A DNA stretch of 64,000 nt, from contig NIVC01000362.1 in the NCBI GenBank assembly GCA_002269645.1, forward strand, positions 1 through 64,000. Direction: 5' to 3'. Under the pieces are notes generated by a model, which saw nothing but the letters and a program-made list of their open reading frames with translations, was not told where the DNA came from and ran no database searches. A program made the position numbers and the translations under genes. This document shows, in pieces, positions 12,222 to 45,441 of this stretch (the stretch's first letter is position 1; every line of letters begins with the position of its first letter). Origin of the DNA: Macrostomum lignano (lineage: Eukaryota).

Positions 12222-14071
12222 CACAGATACTATAAACACTAGATAGGCCACTCAGGCTAATTTTCTGGGCAAGTTTTTTATTCTACTTTCTGCTTAGTAG
12301 CAATGAAAGGAAGCAACAGTATTATTTGCTAAATTAGACAAATCGAGTGACTGTTTTTAAGACATCGTTTTGCTAACGCCATAAACAACTAACTTGTTTT
12401 GTGCAGTAATGATGTACATTAAGACGCGACAGACAGTGTGCAATGCCGCTATCTTTCAAAGTGGAGGAAGGGGGTAGTCTGGAATAGGGTTAATATCAGT
12501 TTCGTATAAGGCAGGGTGAGTGGATCGATAATTTAGGCCTACTGGTGGTGGGATAGAAAATAAAGGACTGCACATAGCTAGCCTGGGTTAGGGGTGGGGG
12601 TTGAGAGGTTGTGGGTTAGAAAATTTGGGGGTGGCGAATCGTGCTTAAATACAAGCTTATATAGATGAACAGGACAAGAGTGAGAGTTAAAGAAAGTTCG
12701 AGTGCATACTAGCTTTTTCTATCTAATCTTGTACTCGAGAAATGTTTTGATTCGAACCACTGCTGTGCTCCCACTTGCACGAGCTTTGTACTAGTGCTAT
12801 TAACATCCGAGAAAGAAAAATCCGTTGCGAATGCATAAATTACCAAAAGATGACACTGGCGAAGCGCTGGCAGCAGCTACTGCAGGAGCGTGGATATTGA
12901 CCTTTATAAACAATTAAATCACGGGGCCTCCGTGTGTTCAGCTTGCACTTTATGGACGAGGCCTACTGCTGCCTTACAAAGTGCCACGGATGTGCAAGAC
13001 ATCTGTTTTCGCTGGGACGCAATCCCACACCAAGAGTTAATGCTGCCTCGGCTCGTTCAAATAGACCAGCTACCCTCTGTGCAAAGGACTGATAAACGAT
13101 GAAGAGGCAGACGACATGTACCCTCCAGTGCTGGGGCCAATTAGCAATCTATCTGCAGCCGAGCCTGCGACTTGCCTGCTGCCAGTGCTGTAGCAGAGCA
13201 ACCTTCGGCTACCAGATTCTGCGCCGAGAACAGCTGTTGCGGCTGAAAGCTCTCACCTCTGCAGCCGATTCGCGGGTTCCAAGCGCTAGAGGCAACGATC
13301 AAGCGGCTGCAGCAACGATCCCGAGGCCGAAAGTGACAGGCGAATCAAGCGGCTGCAGCGGCAACTCTCGATGGTCAAGGCAAGTGCAGCGCAGTCGTGC
13401 ATCCATGGACTGTGGAGGCGTGGCTAGCGCAGCTTCCAGCGGTCGACTGGGCGGCAGGGCGCTCGCAGTCAGGGGTGCTCTGGTCAAAGGATGTCATCTC
13501 ATCAGCAGCTCATTGCAGCTGCACGACAAAAGTCCTGCTGCTTATCGGCTGCCTGTTACGAAACCACTGAGGATTGGCTCTCCATCGGATACATCCCTGG
13601 ACCTTGAAGTGGCGCATTCGCCAGTTTTTTTCATCTGTTGGGCCGTTCTGAATGCTGCCTCTGAACAAGGGCGACTGGCGACCCTGTTCTTCAACAGCAC
13701 GCTGCGAGTTTCACAAACAGATGAGCTGATTAAGATGAGAAATCTTTCTATTTTGCTACACGAATATGGATTATGGAGTATATGATATAGCTCGTATTTG
13801 CTAAATATACAATAGTTGACTGCAATAATATAGCCTTCTATGCAATCTAAAGCATTCACAATGTTGCTTTGAATTGTGGAAAGTATAATTATAAGTTTCT
13901 TTTTGCAAAAAAATCAATACAATTTCTGCATTGCATTCATCTGTTTTTTTTATTTTTAAAAAATATAAATAACGCTAAAATGTTTTTACTACTACTAAGC
14001 AGAAAGTAGAGTAAATTGTCGTGTTGTGAAAATTAGCTGGAGTGGCCTATCTAGTGTTTATAGTATCTGTG
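12222..14071 (+). mobile_element. P-superfamily DNA transposon, internally deleted and non-autonomous (1850 bp)
   Basis: Perfect 32-bp TIR CACAGATACTATAAACACTAGATAGGCCACTC (12222-12253; reverse complement at 14040-14071), extending to 44 bp with 2 mismatches. A 19-bp subterminal inverted repeat lies at 12282-12300 / 13992-14010. The 8-bp TSD GTAAACAG is at 12214-12221 and 14072-14079. A THAP-transposase remnant lies inside. Confidence 0.9.
12758..13740 (+). pseudogene. Decayed THAP-domain (THAP9/P-element-like) transposase N-terminus
   Basis: Motifs split across frames: HCCAPTC (12758), MHKLPKD (12831), LAKRWQQLL (12856), VCS/LHF, RWDAIP; a coiled-coil-like IKRLQ twice; LWSKDVI / LQLHDKSPAAYRL. 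There are several frameshifts and stops, and the catalytic core is absent. Confidence 0.75.
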
Positions 14072-15199
14072 GTAAACAGGGCTAAATATGGCTTGGCAGG
14101 ATTGCTTATAAGAATAGGAGCAGTGGAGCTCTTAGAAAGAAAAAAGAAACAAAAACCATTAGCCTGAACTATATGAGACTCACAATATTATTGGTATATT
14201 GGATACATCTAAAATTGGATACATGGTATAGCACATTATACTATGAAAACCCTTTTTCTATAGCTACACAACCATTTTTTCATGAGAATGTCAAATGCTA
14301 TTAGCAAAATCCTATATTTACTATAACAGGATTGGAACCTTCTTCAAGATTTTTATTAATTTTGATTGATAGGGATACAAAATCACTATAATGATCATCT
14401 ATCCTAAGATGATAAAGGTTAAAAACACTTAATAGCAAAGCTAGAAAATATAGCAAAGTTTCTAACAGTAGGCCCTATGAATATAATATACTATTCCTAA
14501 TGGTACATGGCTCATATATCAAATTTTAATATGCTTTTGATTAAAATTTGTATCCAATTATTGCCTAGAAAAATATAGTAGCAAGTCTAAATAAATAGTT
14601 TAATCACTTATTAATTAGATAATAGACCTATCCATTTTAGATACAAGATATTTTGGCAAATGTTATTTCGATGATAGCTATATTAGTAATAAATAATCTA
14701 GTAATAGTTTTGGCCAATTTGGCAAATATTTACTCATAAGTTAATAATAGTGTATATATTTCAAAAATAATTATATGCAATGTACATTTTGCTTTAATTT
14801 AAACATTGATTAGTTGTATGTAAATTAAATAATTTATTGTTAATATGGCTTTCCCAAAGCAAAGCCCAAAAACATTTTCTAAAATGATTTATTATCAAAA
14901 TCTTTGGAATCCTTTTAGAGAACTTATGTTATAAATTTAAAAGTTATATCAATATAACAATATGTATTTTAATTAGAGTTCTGCCATAGCCACTGATATG
15001 GCTATGATGACTTATATATAAGAGGTTGTTAGCAAAGCATATGGATATAGATATGGTTACAGGAACATATTTTCTATATCTTGTTCCCATATCTAGTAAT
15101 ACTGCTAAACTAAGAATTGCAAGACCATTGAAGCCATTGATTTGATTTGGTTAGGGTACGTAGTAGTAGTAAAAATAAATAAAATGTTGCTAGTGTCAA

Positions 15200-15810
15200 A
15201 GTGAAAGGAACTAATAAGTCCCTAGAATATAGGACTCAAACATCAATATAGATTGCCTATGTTGTGGTTGGGTGGTAGATAGCTAATGCTAAGATAAATG
15301 TTTTCATTTTCAAAGGGAAGCTCTTAAGTCCTTGCATAGATTTGGGGACTTAACAACAGAAAGTTTCATTGCTATATACACATTGTAGTTGGGTAGTAGG
15401 AGGCTAATGTTAAGATAAATGTTTTTACTTTCAATGCAGAGGAGCCTTTAAGTCCCTGGGGTTGGGGACTTAAACAACTGAGAGTTTTGATGCCACATGC
15501 ACATTGGGATTGTGGGGCTAATATTAAGAAGATAAATGTTTTCACTTTCAAAGGAAGCTCTTAAGTCCCTAGAGTTGTGGACTAGGATGGGGTTGGGATG
15601 TTAGAGGCTAAATTTAATATGAATGTTTTCACTTTCAATGTAAGAGGAGCTCTTAAGTCCTTAGAATTGGGGACTCAAGCAACAAAGATAGAAATGTTTG
15701 AATCTATATGCACATTGAGATTGGAATAGGGGGGAGGGTTAAAGTTAAGATGTTTTCACTTTAAATGCAAAGGGAGCTTTTAAGTCCCTAGGGTCAGAGA
15801 CTCAAACAAC
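15200..15810. repeat. Old, degenerate about 110-bp tandem repeat (about 5 copies)
   Basis: The motif AATGTTTTCACTTTCAA...GCTCTTAAGTCCC recurs near 15295, 15415, 15533, 15620 and 15750. Confidence 0.65.
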
Positions 15811-16514
15811 CTTTTTGATACCATTTGCCTACGCTTAAGTTAAGATTAATGAAGCCAAAATGAAAGCTATATAGCATCTGCAAGTATAAATTTATCAAAA
15901 AAGGGTAGATTGCAAAGAAGGTTACTTGGACCCCAACTGATGAGTAGGCCATTGCCTTTGTAGAAGATCTTAATAAGAAGTGAAGATTTTGTTACTTAAG
16001 TGATTTAAACATTATAAGGAAACAAGAAAGGGAAAAGAATGAATGAAGAGAGAAAAAAGTAATAAGAAGAGGAAAGAAGAAAGAGGGAAGAAGAGAAAAA
16101 AGAGGACGGATAAGAGTCAGAAAGGAAAGAAGAGAGTGGAAGGAAAAAGACAAAAAAGAAGACATTTGTCCTTGGCCTTGCTTGTGCAGTCTTTGCATCT
16201 TGAGTATTAGGCTTAGCATTTTGTGTAGTGTAGCAGCCTAGGGTAGCAAGCCTCTAACTAAATGATATGGCTAGCTAGTCAAAGTTGTTGCCTGCACAGT
16301 AAGATAGAAAATCATAGGCCTATTATACACATCTTTATGTGAAGTAAGGCATTGGTCTTGCTATATAGACTGCTATGAATTCCAAATGCTGCACACAACA
16401 TGGCTATATATGTAGCATCCAGCTGTATCTCTAAGGCATCTGTCAAGGTCTAGGTCTTAACATTGTACAATAGTTACAAAACAAAGGTTTATTAGCTATA
16501 GATATAGATATGGA

Positions 16515-18336
16515 CTAGCAATCTTTGCCCCCGATGGGGGACATCTGGATAGAATCCTTGTTCTTTACAAATAATAAATAGACAGCAAAATAAAGCCTTC
16601 ATAAGAAACAACAGACATTCCCTCTTAAAAACAAAACATCCCAAGACAGCAAGCATCCTCAGACAGCATTCAAGCATTGATCCCCAAATAGCAAGCATCC
16701 CCCAGACTGCAAGCATCCCCCAATAGCAAGCAACCCATGATAGCAAGCATCCCCAGATAGCAAGCATTCCCCCAGACCCCAGATAGCAAGCATCCCCCAG
16801 ATAGCAAGCATCCCCCAGATCGCAAGCATCCCCCAGATAGCAAGCACCCTCCAGATAGCAAGCATTCCCCCAGACCCCAGATAGTAAGCTTCCCCCAGAT
16901 AGTAAGCATCCCCCAGATAGCAAGCATCTCCTAGATAGCAAGCATCCCCCAGATAGCAAGCATCCCCCAGATCGCAAGCATCCTCTAGACAGTAAGCAAC
17001 CCCTGATAGCAAGCATAACCTGGATACAAAGAGACCTTATAGATATCTAGCAACCCCCTCTCAGATAGCAAATACTCTCCACCCCCAAAAGCAAGCATCC
17101 CTCTGATAGCAAACATCCACCAGAGAACAAGTAGCTAGTACAACAATTTCCTTAGCTTTATAATGGTTCCATTTTGTTTGGTATGACACTTCTTTTATGT
17201 TTGAAATGGTGTCTCTTTTTTGTTTAAAAAGGTGGCTCTTAAATGTTTGACATGGTAAGATCTTCTATGTTTGACATGGTAGCTCTTTTGTGTTTGACAT
17301 GATAGCTCTTTAGGGTTTGACATGGACTCACGTATATTTTTGACATGATGGCTCTTTTATGTTTGGCATGGTGGCTCTTAAATGTTCAACATGGTGGCTC
17401 TTTAATGTTCGACATGGTGGCTCTTTTATGTTTGACATGGTGGCTCTTTTATGTTTGACATAGGGCTCTTTTATGTTCAACATGGTGGCTCTTTTATGTT
17501 TGACATGGTGGCTCTTTATGTTCAACATGGTGGCTCTTTTATGTTTGACATGGTGGCTCTTTGATGTTTGACATGGTGGCTCTTTTATGATTGATATAGT
17601 GGCTCTTTATGTTTGAAATGGTGGCTCTTTTATGATTGACATGGTGGCTCTTTTATGTTCAACATGATGGCTCTTTTATGTTTGACATGGTAGCACTTTT
17701 ATGTTTGGCATGGTGGCTCTTTTATATTTGACATTGCGCTTCTTTTATGTTTAGCATTTTGTGTTTTAAAGTGTTTTAATAAAAAAATTATTTTGCACTT
17801 CTAAGATTCCAACCCAGGTCGCTACATTAGCAGTCCAGTCTGTTTGCATCTAGGCTATCTCTTTTCAATTGGAGAACATGAATTGTGGCCCTTAAAATTC
17901 AATAGTTACAGCAAGTTGGTTAGAGTAAAAAGTTATGACATAATCAATTTCTCAGTCAGCCAATATCAGTCTTAATTTAAGTTAGCAATATGGTTATGCA
18001 ATTTCAATCAAGTCTTGTTCACATTTCTTTGGCACTGTTTTCAACTTGTTGTGATGTAATATTTATCAGAATTGAAATTCAGTCAGTCAGTTTTTTCTCT
18101 AGCATTCGTACAATGCATTTCAGGTCAAAAGAGCTGCTAGACCTTTGCAAACAAGCTTGTTTTTAGAATATTTAATCCCTTGAACATTGAGAAATTTCTT
18201 AGCCAGGATGCATGTACTGTCCCAGGAAAATTTCTGATCAAATGGTGCAAATTTGAAGAAAATCGGTTGATCCAATTTTTCTGAAATCTATTGCATAGCT
18301 AGATAGATATTGACAACTCATTTTTAGTATATAGGA
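16515..18336 (-). mobile_element. Non-autonomous Helitron, copy A
   Basis: On the minus strand the 5' end is A|TCCTATATACTAAAAATG (18336). The 3' end has a CCCCC-ATC-GGGGG hairpin followed by CTAG|T (16515). It is colinear with 33013-37036 in the opposite orientation. Confidence 0.88.
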
Positions 18337-18490
18337 TATAAAAATGGATATAAAACTTGGCTTTAGCCATAAAAATCATTCCATTATTATATAGTTAAAG
18401 ATAGCTATATTTTGTCAATTTTGAATGCTAATGCTTGCATTTGCAACTCAAAAAGTCATCACCAATGCAGTCACAATCATAGAAAGACAA

Positions 18491-19145
18491 TCTGTGCTAT
18501 AAAAAATGGTCTGTTTGTGTGTGTGTGATCGATTTTAGCAAAAACGGCTCAACCGATTTTCTTCGAATTTGCACCATTCGATCAGAAATTTTTCCGTGAC
18601 GGTACATGCATCGTTGCTAAGAAATTGCTTGATGCTAAAGGGATTAAATATTCGAAAAACATCTGTGCTATATGTAAAAGATGTAATGGGGCCTAGGTAT
18701 CCCAAAGTCAAAGAAGGTCAAATTTTAATCCAAAACTATGCAAAACTGTCTACTCCTATTTCCTAGCAACTACACATGCTGTTGCCTGTTATATACATGC
18801 CCAACACCCATCCAACCCATCCAAACTAGATAGGTAAAATGGCCACTAGCCAAGGTGAGTTGCAAATTAAAAATGCAAAAAAAACAATAAATTGTGAGAA
18901 GAAAGAAAGGAGAAGAAGAGAAAAGGAAAAGAAAGAGAAGAGAAGGGAAAAAGAGAGAAAGAGAAAGAAGAAAAGAGAAAAAGGCGAGAAAAGTCACATA
19001 CCAAGTGAAAATTAAGTCGCGATCAGGGGAACTAGGCCTAAGTTGCAATTGAGAGGAACTAAGTCACAAATCTGGACAAAACTAGGCCTAAGTCACACTG
19101 GATGGGTGAAATTTTGAGGTTGGGCATGTATGGCCTTTTAGCTAG
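18491..19145 (+). mobile_element. Short Helitron of a related subfamily, copy B
   Basis: The 5' end is A|TC at 18491, and about 18540-18660 closely matches the 5' region of copies A and C. The putative 3' end is CTAG|T at 19142-19145 after a weak hairpin, so the 3' border is less certain. Confidence 0.55.
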
Positions 19146-20754
19146 TCAATATTCATAAGTTTTGTTTTCTGCAGTTCTTATTTTAATTGACACTTCCATT
19201 CCTGAGCAATTAGCTTTCAGAACTTGTAACAACTTTTTAAACTAATTGAAATAAGAAATAAGCCTCTTAAATAAGCCAGAGGGGGGGTCGACTAAATTTA
19301 ATTTAGGCGGAGACCTGAAAAATCAATGGGGGGAAGGACCAAACGAATTTTAGGCTTAGGCCTCGCCAAAATAGAGCCACCCCTTCCGCACCGCCCCGGG
19401 TCTTTATTCTCCACAATCCGCCCACCTCAGCAAATTCTGGTTGCGCCACTGTGTCCATGGACATTCAACTATTCTTAAAAAGTTAAAATGTCAATTTCAG
19501 ACTTTCAGCCAGTTCTGATTATGAATGCTGTTGCTCATGAACGGAAGCACCAATTCAAATGGAACAAGAACTGCAGGAAACAAAACTTATGAATGTTCAC
19601 TGTCAGCATGTCAGCATGTGCAGTTGCTAGGAAACAGGAGCAAACAGTTTTTCACAGTTTTGGATCAAATTGAGCTTTTTGGGAGACCCTACTGTAGGCC
19701 TATGTATACAGTAGTAGTACTAATGTGCGCAACAAGGGCTAATTATCAATCAATCAAGTCAAGCCATAGTCGAATCTGCATCTTGTTAAATGGTAATTTT
19801 AAACTTTGGGCTAAAACGACAATTTAAATAAACAAATAAAGCAATAGTGTTAATGCTTTTTTGTATAAATATAAAGTAAGTCAATGCTTTTAAAGTCCTT
19901 TTAGTTTTAAATTCATTTGATATTTTTTAAACTCTTTTTAATAGATTTAAGACACAGCTTGGTTGTCGATCCACTTTTTAACTTCAAGCATCTATTTAGA
20001 TTTTTTCTTAAGATACACTTTCGAATTGATTATTCACAGTAATGCAAGCAAAAAGCTCCATTTGGTTTATTGACCATTTGCTTTTTGTGAAACCGCATTT
20101 TTTAAACACACACCATCTATTTACTCGCAGTTGCTACAGTTCTATGTTCATATATTGAACACTAGGTCTGTACCTGTATATTCATATCACATTATTACTC
20201 TGTAATCTATTTTTGTACTAAAGTTTTATGCGTTTCTGCGAAATTATCTTAGAAAATTCTAAAAAAATTATGTTTTTCAAGAGTTCTAACATTTACAAAG
20301 TTTAAAGCCAAAATAATTAACAGTTAGAACATGTACGAGCTATGCTTGTTTTTGGGCTACCTTTTAAGCTCTGAAAATATCGAATTTATGGCTTTTTATT
20401 GTACTTGTTTTGCTTAAGAATAACAAAATATAGTTTCTGGTAAAAATATTTGCTGGTAAAATTATGCATTTGCTTTTCTTATATTTGTTGTTGGTTTTTC
20501 TCGCAATGAGCAAGTGTATGACATGTTTTTACAGTAAAAATAGAATATACTCGTAGATAACTATGTAGTTTAGTTTGATGCTTTTTATCAAGCTACTTAT
20601 CGTTTCTCATTATAAAAATATCTCAGTAATAAAAAATTCGGATTCATTAAAATCCTAACATAATGTACTGCATGCTGGTAAAAAACACATTTAAAATCCA
20701 CAGCAACAACGTAACCCCGTGCTACAAAAATTCTACCCAAGCGCAAATAAAACG

Positions 20755-41547
<20,793 letters not shown>

Positions 41548-41689
41548 CTTGACATTTGGCTCACTGCCTAGGGAATCCTGGCTGGCTTGGGGATTTTTTT
41601 TTTAGTTCTATATAGACTTGTGGATTATTTATTTGTCTGTCCGATATAATGCTAATTAATTTTGGATTTTTCCCTTTTGGATTAATGGT

Positions 41690-41935
41690 AATTCTGAGGG
41701 AGAGGATTAATGATGGGGATTCTGAGTGAGAGGATTAATGATGCGGATTCTGAGTGAGAGGATTAATGATGGGCATTCTGAGTGAGAGGATTAATGATGG
41801 GGATTCTGAGTGTGAGGATTAATGATGCGGATTCTGAGTGAGAGGATTAATGATGGGGATTCTGAGTGAGAGGATTAATGATGGGGATTTTGAGTAAGGG
41901 GATTAATGATGGGGATTCTAAGTGATGGGATTAGT
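41690..41935. repeat. 28-bp minisatellite (AGAGGATTAATGATGGGGATTCTGAGTG)
   Basis: About 8 tandem copies just downstream of the FBXW10 stop. Confidence 0.93.
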
Positions 41936-43827
41936 AAAAATATTAAATTAGTTAACATGATTCTTTAATTGTGTATACTAAAGTCTACATGTATTCGTAA
42001 ATATTTTCAACAAATTATTTTGTACATATTAAAATAGTCAGCGTTGCTTTGTAGTTGAGTAGTTAAAACAACTCTTAGAAGGCAAAAATGTTATTTCTTT
42101 ATTTTTTCAACAAAGGCTCACCAACAGTAACAGCAGCAGCCATGGTACTTTTGGCAGGCAAGTTGACCATGAAATTCTTTGGCCAGATTACATTCTCTAC
42201 ATGATTGATTGGCTTTATTGTCTATGGCCAGGTTCCAGTTCTATGGCAATGGGACTCTACACGTACTCGTGACCTTGGCCATTGCTCAAAATGTCTATGG
42301 TAATTTACGTTAAGGCAATGACATTCAAGCAATGACCGGTCATTGTTTGAAATTGACAATAAAGCAATTTACGAGGATATCATTTTAGAAAACGAACGAG
42401 TCTATGAGCGTAAAATAAAATAGTCTATGGTTGTAACACCCCCATTCCCCCTTCCCACTCGGATCCTGATGGACAAATTGACCAATGAAATTAGCTGGAG
42501 ACATTGCAATCAATGAAGCTTTTGTCTATGGTAGCAAGCAGCATTTAATTTGGTCCCTAATGGCTATAAAACCATGGATGAAGGAATAGAAGGAAGGAAT
42601 TCCTTCATCCATGTATGAAACCCTATCATGAGTTACAGCTGTGTAAAATGCAATTTTATTTAAGCAAGTGTCACAATGCAAGGTGATGTCAAAAAGAGCA
42701 ATCTGCTCAAGTATAACAAACACAAAAAAAGAACTTTAGCATGGTCAAGACTTGCTACCATAGACAAAAGCGCCATTACTTTGGCAAACATATCTTGGAT
42801 TAAGTTCAATGTGCGTAGGCCGAAATGGTCGGCAAAAAGCCATGCTATGTTTATCAAAGTCTCAGCCGCTGTGAGAGAGGCGTCTGCACTGAAAATTCCT
42901 CTAGTTTACCCTGTCGAGAGCATTGATCATTTAATACTATAGTCAATGCTTTTTTGGCCTCGAGGGGGGGGGGAGTTTAAGGTTATCAGGCCCCAGGTGA
43001 GGATATTGGATTGGAGTAGGAGCTTGCGGAGAATTAATCCCAACGCTTCCCCCAGCTTTGAACTCGGCACCTTATCGGCTGGATAAAAGCTCATCACCCT
43101 GAGCTTCGTATTTGAAGAGAAAATCGAACTACTAGAGAGAGGAGGCTGGCCGCAAATTCTTAATTATCATCTTCCCTCGCAGGGACAAGAAACTGATCAC
43201 TGTCGGAAAAAGCAACTTTACCATAACAGTTTTCACACGATTGAGGCTTCTTTGTGGGGTGGCGATAGTTCAGGTGAGAGAGCCCCGGAGCTAAAAAATA
43301 ACTGACTAGCAAAGCAAAAACGGCAGCAGATGAACGGGCAGGAAGATTGATGGCGCAACCGAGTTCCGAATCAGAAATTCTCTGGCCGTGGATTTTCCGT
43401 GTTCTCCTCCATCAAAACAAACGGGATCCCACTAGCTAGAGAGACAGGTTTTCCTTTTTGCCTCGAATTTTGCTGTCTTCTTCTTCAAGCGAATTGCGTG
43501 CGTCCTCTCCCCCCCCAAGCAGCGGAGCGGAAACAGTGAAAACGGTTTCTGCTTCCGCAAGAGAAAAGCAACGGAAACTGAGAGCTATGGACCCGTAATA
43601 AGCGAGCGCGTGATGCTGTTTCTACGCTTAAATAGACTTTTATTTTGAAAATCTGCACCAGATCATAACACTTACTGCCCTGTTTGTCCAGCTGCATGAA
43701 TTCCTGCTAATTACCTTTGCTTCTTTTTTGATAATAAACTTGTTTTCATTCGAATGTGCTTTGTCTGTTCGTTGGTACTTTTATTAAAATTTTGATGAAC
43801 TCCTGGCCTTTCTTACAATGGAAGAAC

Positions 43828-44518
43828 GTAGTAACAACGTAGTGACAGCGTAGAGACAACGTAGTGACAACGTAGTGACAACGTAGTGACAACGTAGTGA
43901 CAACGTAGTGACAACGTAGTGACAACGTAGTGACAACGTAGTGACAACGTAGTGACAACGTAGTGACAACGTAGTGACAACGTAGTGACAACGTAGTGAC
44001 AACGTAGTGACAACGTAGTGACAACGTAGTGACAACGTAGTGACAACGTAGTGACAACGTAGTGACAACGTAGTGACAACGTAGTGACAACGTAGTGACA
44101 ACGTAGTGACAACGTAGTGACAACGTAGTGACAACGTAGTGACAACGTAGTGACAACGTAGTGACAACGTAGTGACAACGTAGTGACAACGTAGTGACAA
44201 CGTAGTGACAACGTAGTGACAACGTAGTGACAACGTAGTGACAACGTAGTGACAACGTAGTGACAACGTAGTGACAACGTAGTGACAACGTAGTGACAAC
44301 GTAGTGACAACGTAGTGACAACGTAGTGACAACGTAGTGACAACGTAGTGACAACGTAGTGACAACGTAGTGACAACGTAGCGACAACGTAGTGACAACG
44401 TAGTGACAACGTAGTGACAACGTAGTGACAACGTAGTGACAACGTAGTGACAACGTAGTGACAACGTAGTGACAACGTAGTGACAACGTAGTGACAACGT
44501 AGTGACAACGTAGTGACA
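43828..44518. repeat. Highly homogeneous 11-bp minisatellite (GTAGTGACAAC)
   Basis: About 60 near-identical copies. Confidence 0.98.
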
Positions 44519-45144
44519 AGGAGTTTTCAATAAAGTCATCACTTTATTGAAAACTCCGTCATCACTCTTCGGCATTGTTGTCAGCAATGGCTCAAAATTC
44601 AATTAAGTGAATGATAGCCCACTTCCCTCACTGATGACTTTGCTGAGCCAGCCACCATACGTGACATCAAATTTCCTGTGACCGTGTCTACGAATTTATC
44701 ATTCTTCATCATCTCGGATGAGAGTAGCCAAACAGTTGCTGATGATGGTATTGATCAAGTGGCTTCAACCTGCAAGCCGCTGGGGTACTCTGTCACGCGG
44801 CTCCTGTGGTAGGATGTATCTATCTTATATGGTAGAGTATTGTAGCGACTCCCAGATGCGTCATCAATTATGAATATGCTCAGCCAAGGAGCATAAGAGT
44901 TCGGATCGTGAGCAGAGCAGAACACATACTTTACGAGCTAGTGGATGGATTGTTGCATTATTAAATTCAGAAATATACGACCTAAGGGTATAATTATATG
45001 TAAAACCGTCAACAGTCATATTGAAATTTATGCTATTGTTTTGTTCGAAATAAATGAGTACAATGAAGTGCAACTTCGTTCAGTGCATAAGAAGCAAACC
45101 ATGAAATAAGGCTTAGAGGAGATGGAAACGACTGAGCAGCTGAT

Positions 45145-45441
45145 AACAATAATTATTAATAGATTACACCTGCCCCAATTGGGCCAGATGTGCAACCGAC
45201 AGCTCAGCCGCAGCTATTGCGCGGCGCATCTGAAGGCTGCGTACGGCTGGGGGTCGCCACACACAGCCTCAACTACCCCAGCTAATGCTGGCACCCATTT
45301 TACAGCTGGTTGAACTGAAGCAATGCAGAGTTAAAGTGTCTTGCTCAAGGACACAAATTTTGTTCCGAGTGGGATCGGGAATCGAACCCCCGACCTTTAA
45401 GTCGTGAGTTCGACGCTCTAAGCCACTAGGCTGCAAACCCG
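45145..45441 (-). mobile_element. tRNA-derived SINE with a CORE-like central domain
   Basis: The minus strand reads an A-box-like GCAGCCTAGTGG, a B box GGTTCGATTCC, then TGTGTCCTTGAGCAAGACACTTTAAC...CTGTAAAATGGG (45294-45357). This resembles the recalled MIR/CORE consensus TGTGACCTTGGGCAAGTCACTTAAC...CTGTAAAATGGG. The 3' end is AT-rich and the ends are approximate. Confidence 0.8.

Noticed and set aside
13099-13785. 228-aa ORF as an intact gene
   Set aside because: Transposase motifs switch frames along it, so it is only partly the true frame of a decayed transposase.
42526-42942. Short ORFs of 65-88 aa downstream of FBXW10
   Set aside because: No recognisable motif, and no exon-like composition or splice chain.
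44560-44830. Coding-looking minus-strand stretch next to the 11-bp array
   Set aside because: Stops occur in all frames and no family motif was recognised.
45370-45441. Functional tRNA gene
   Set aside because: There is no paired acceptor stem, and it runs straight into a CORE-like domain, so it is a SINE head.
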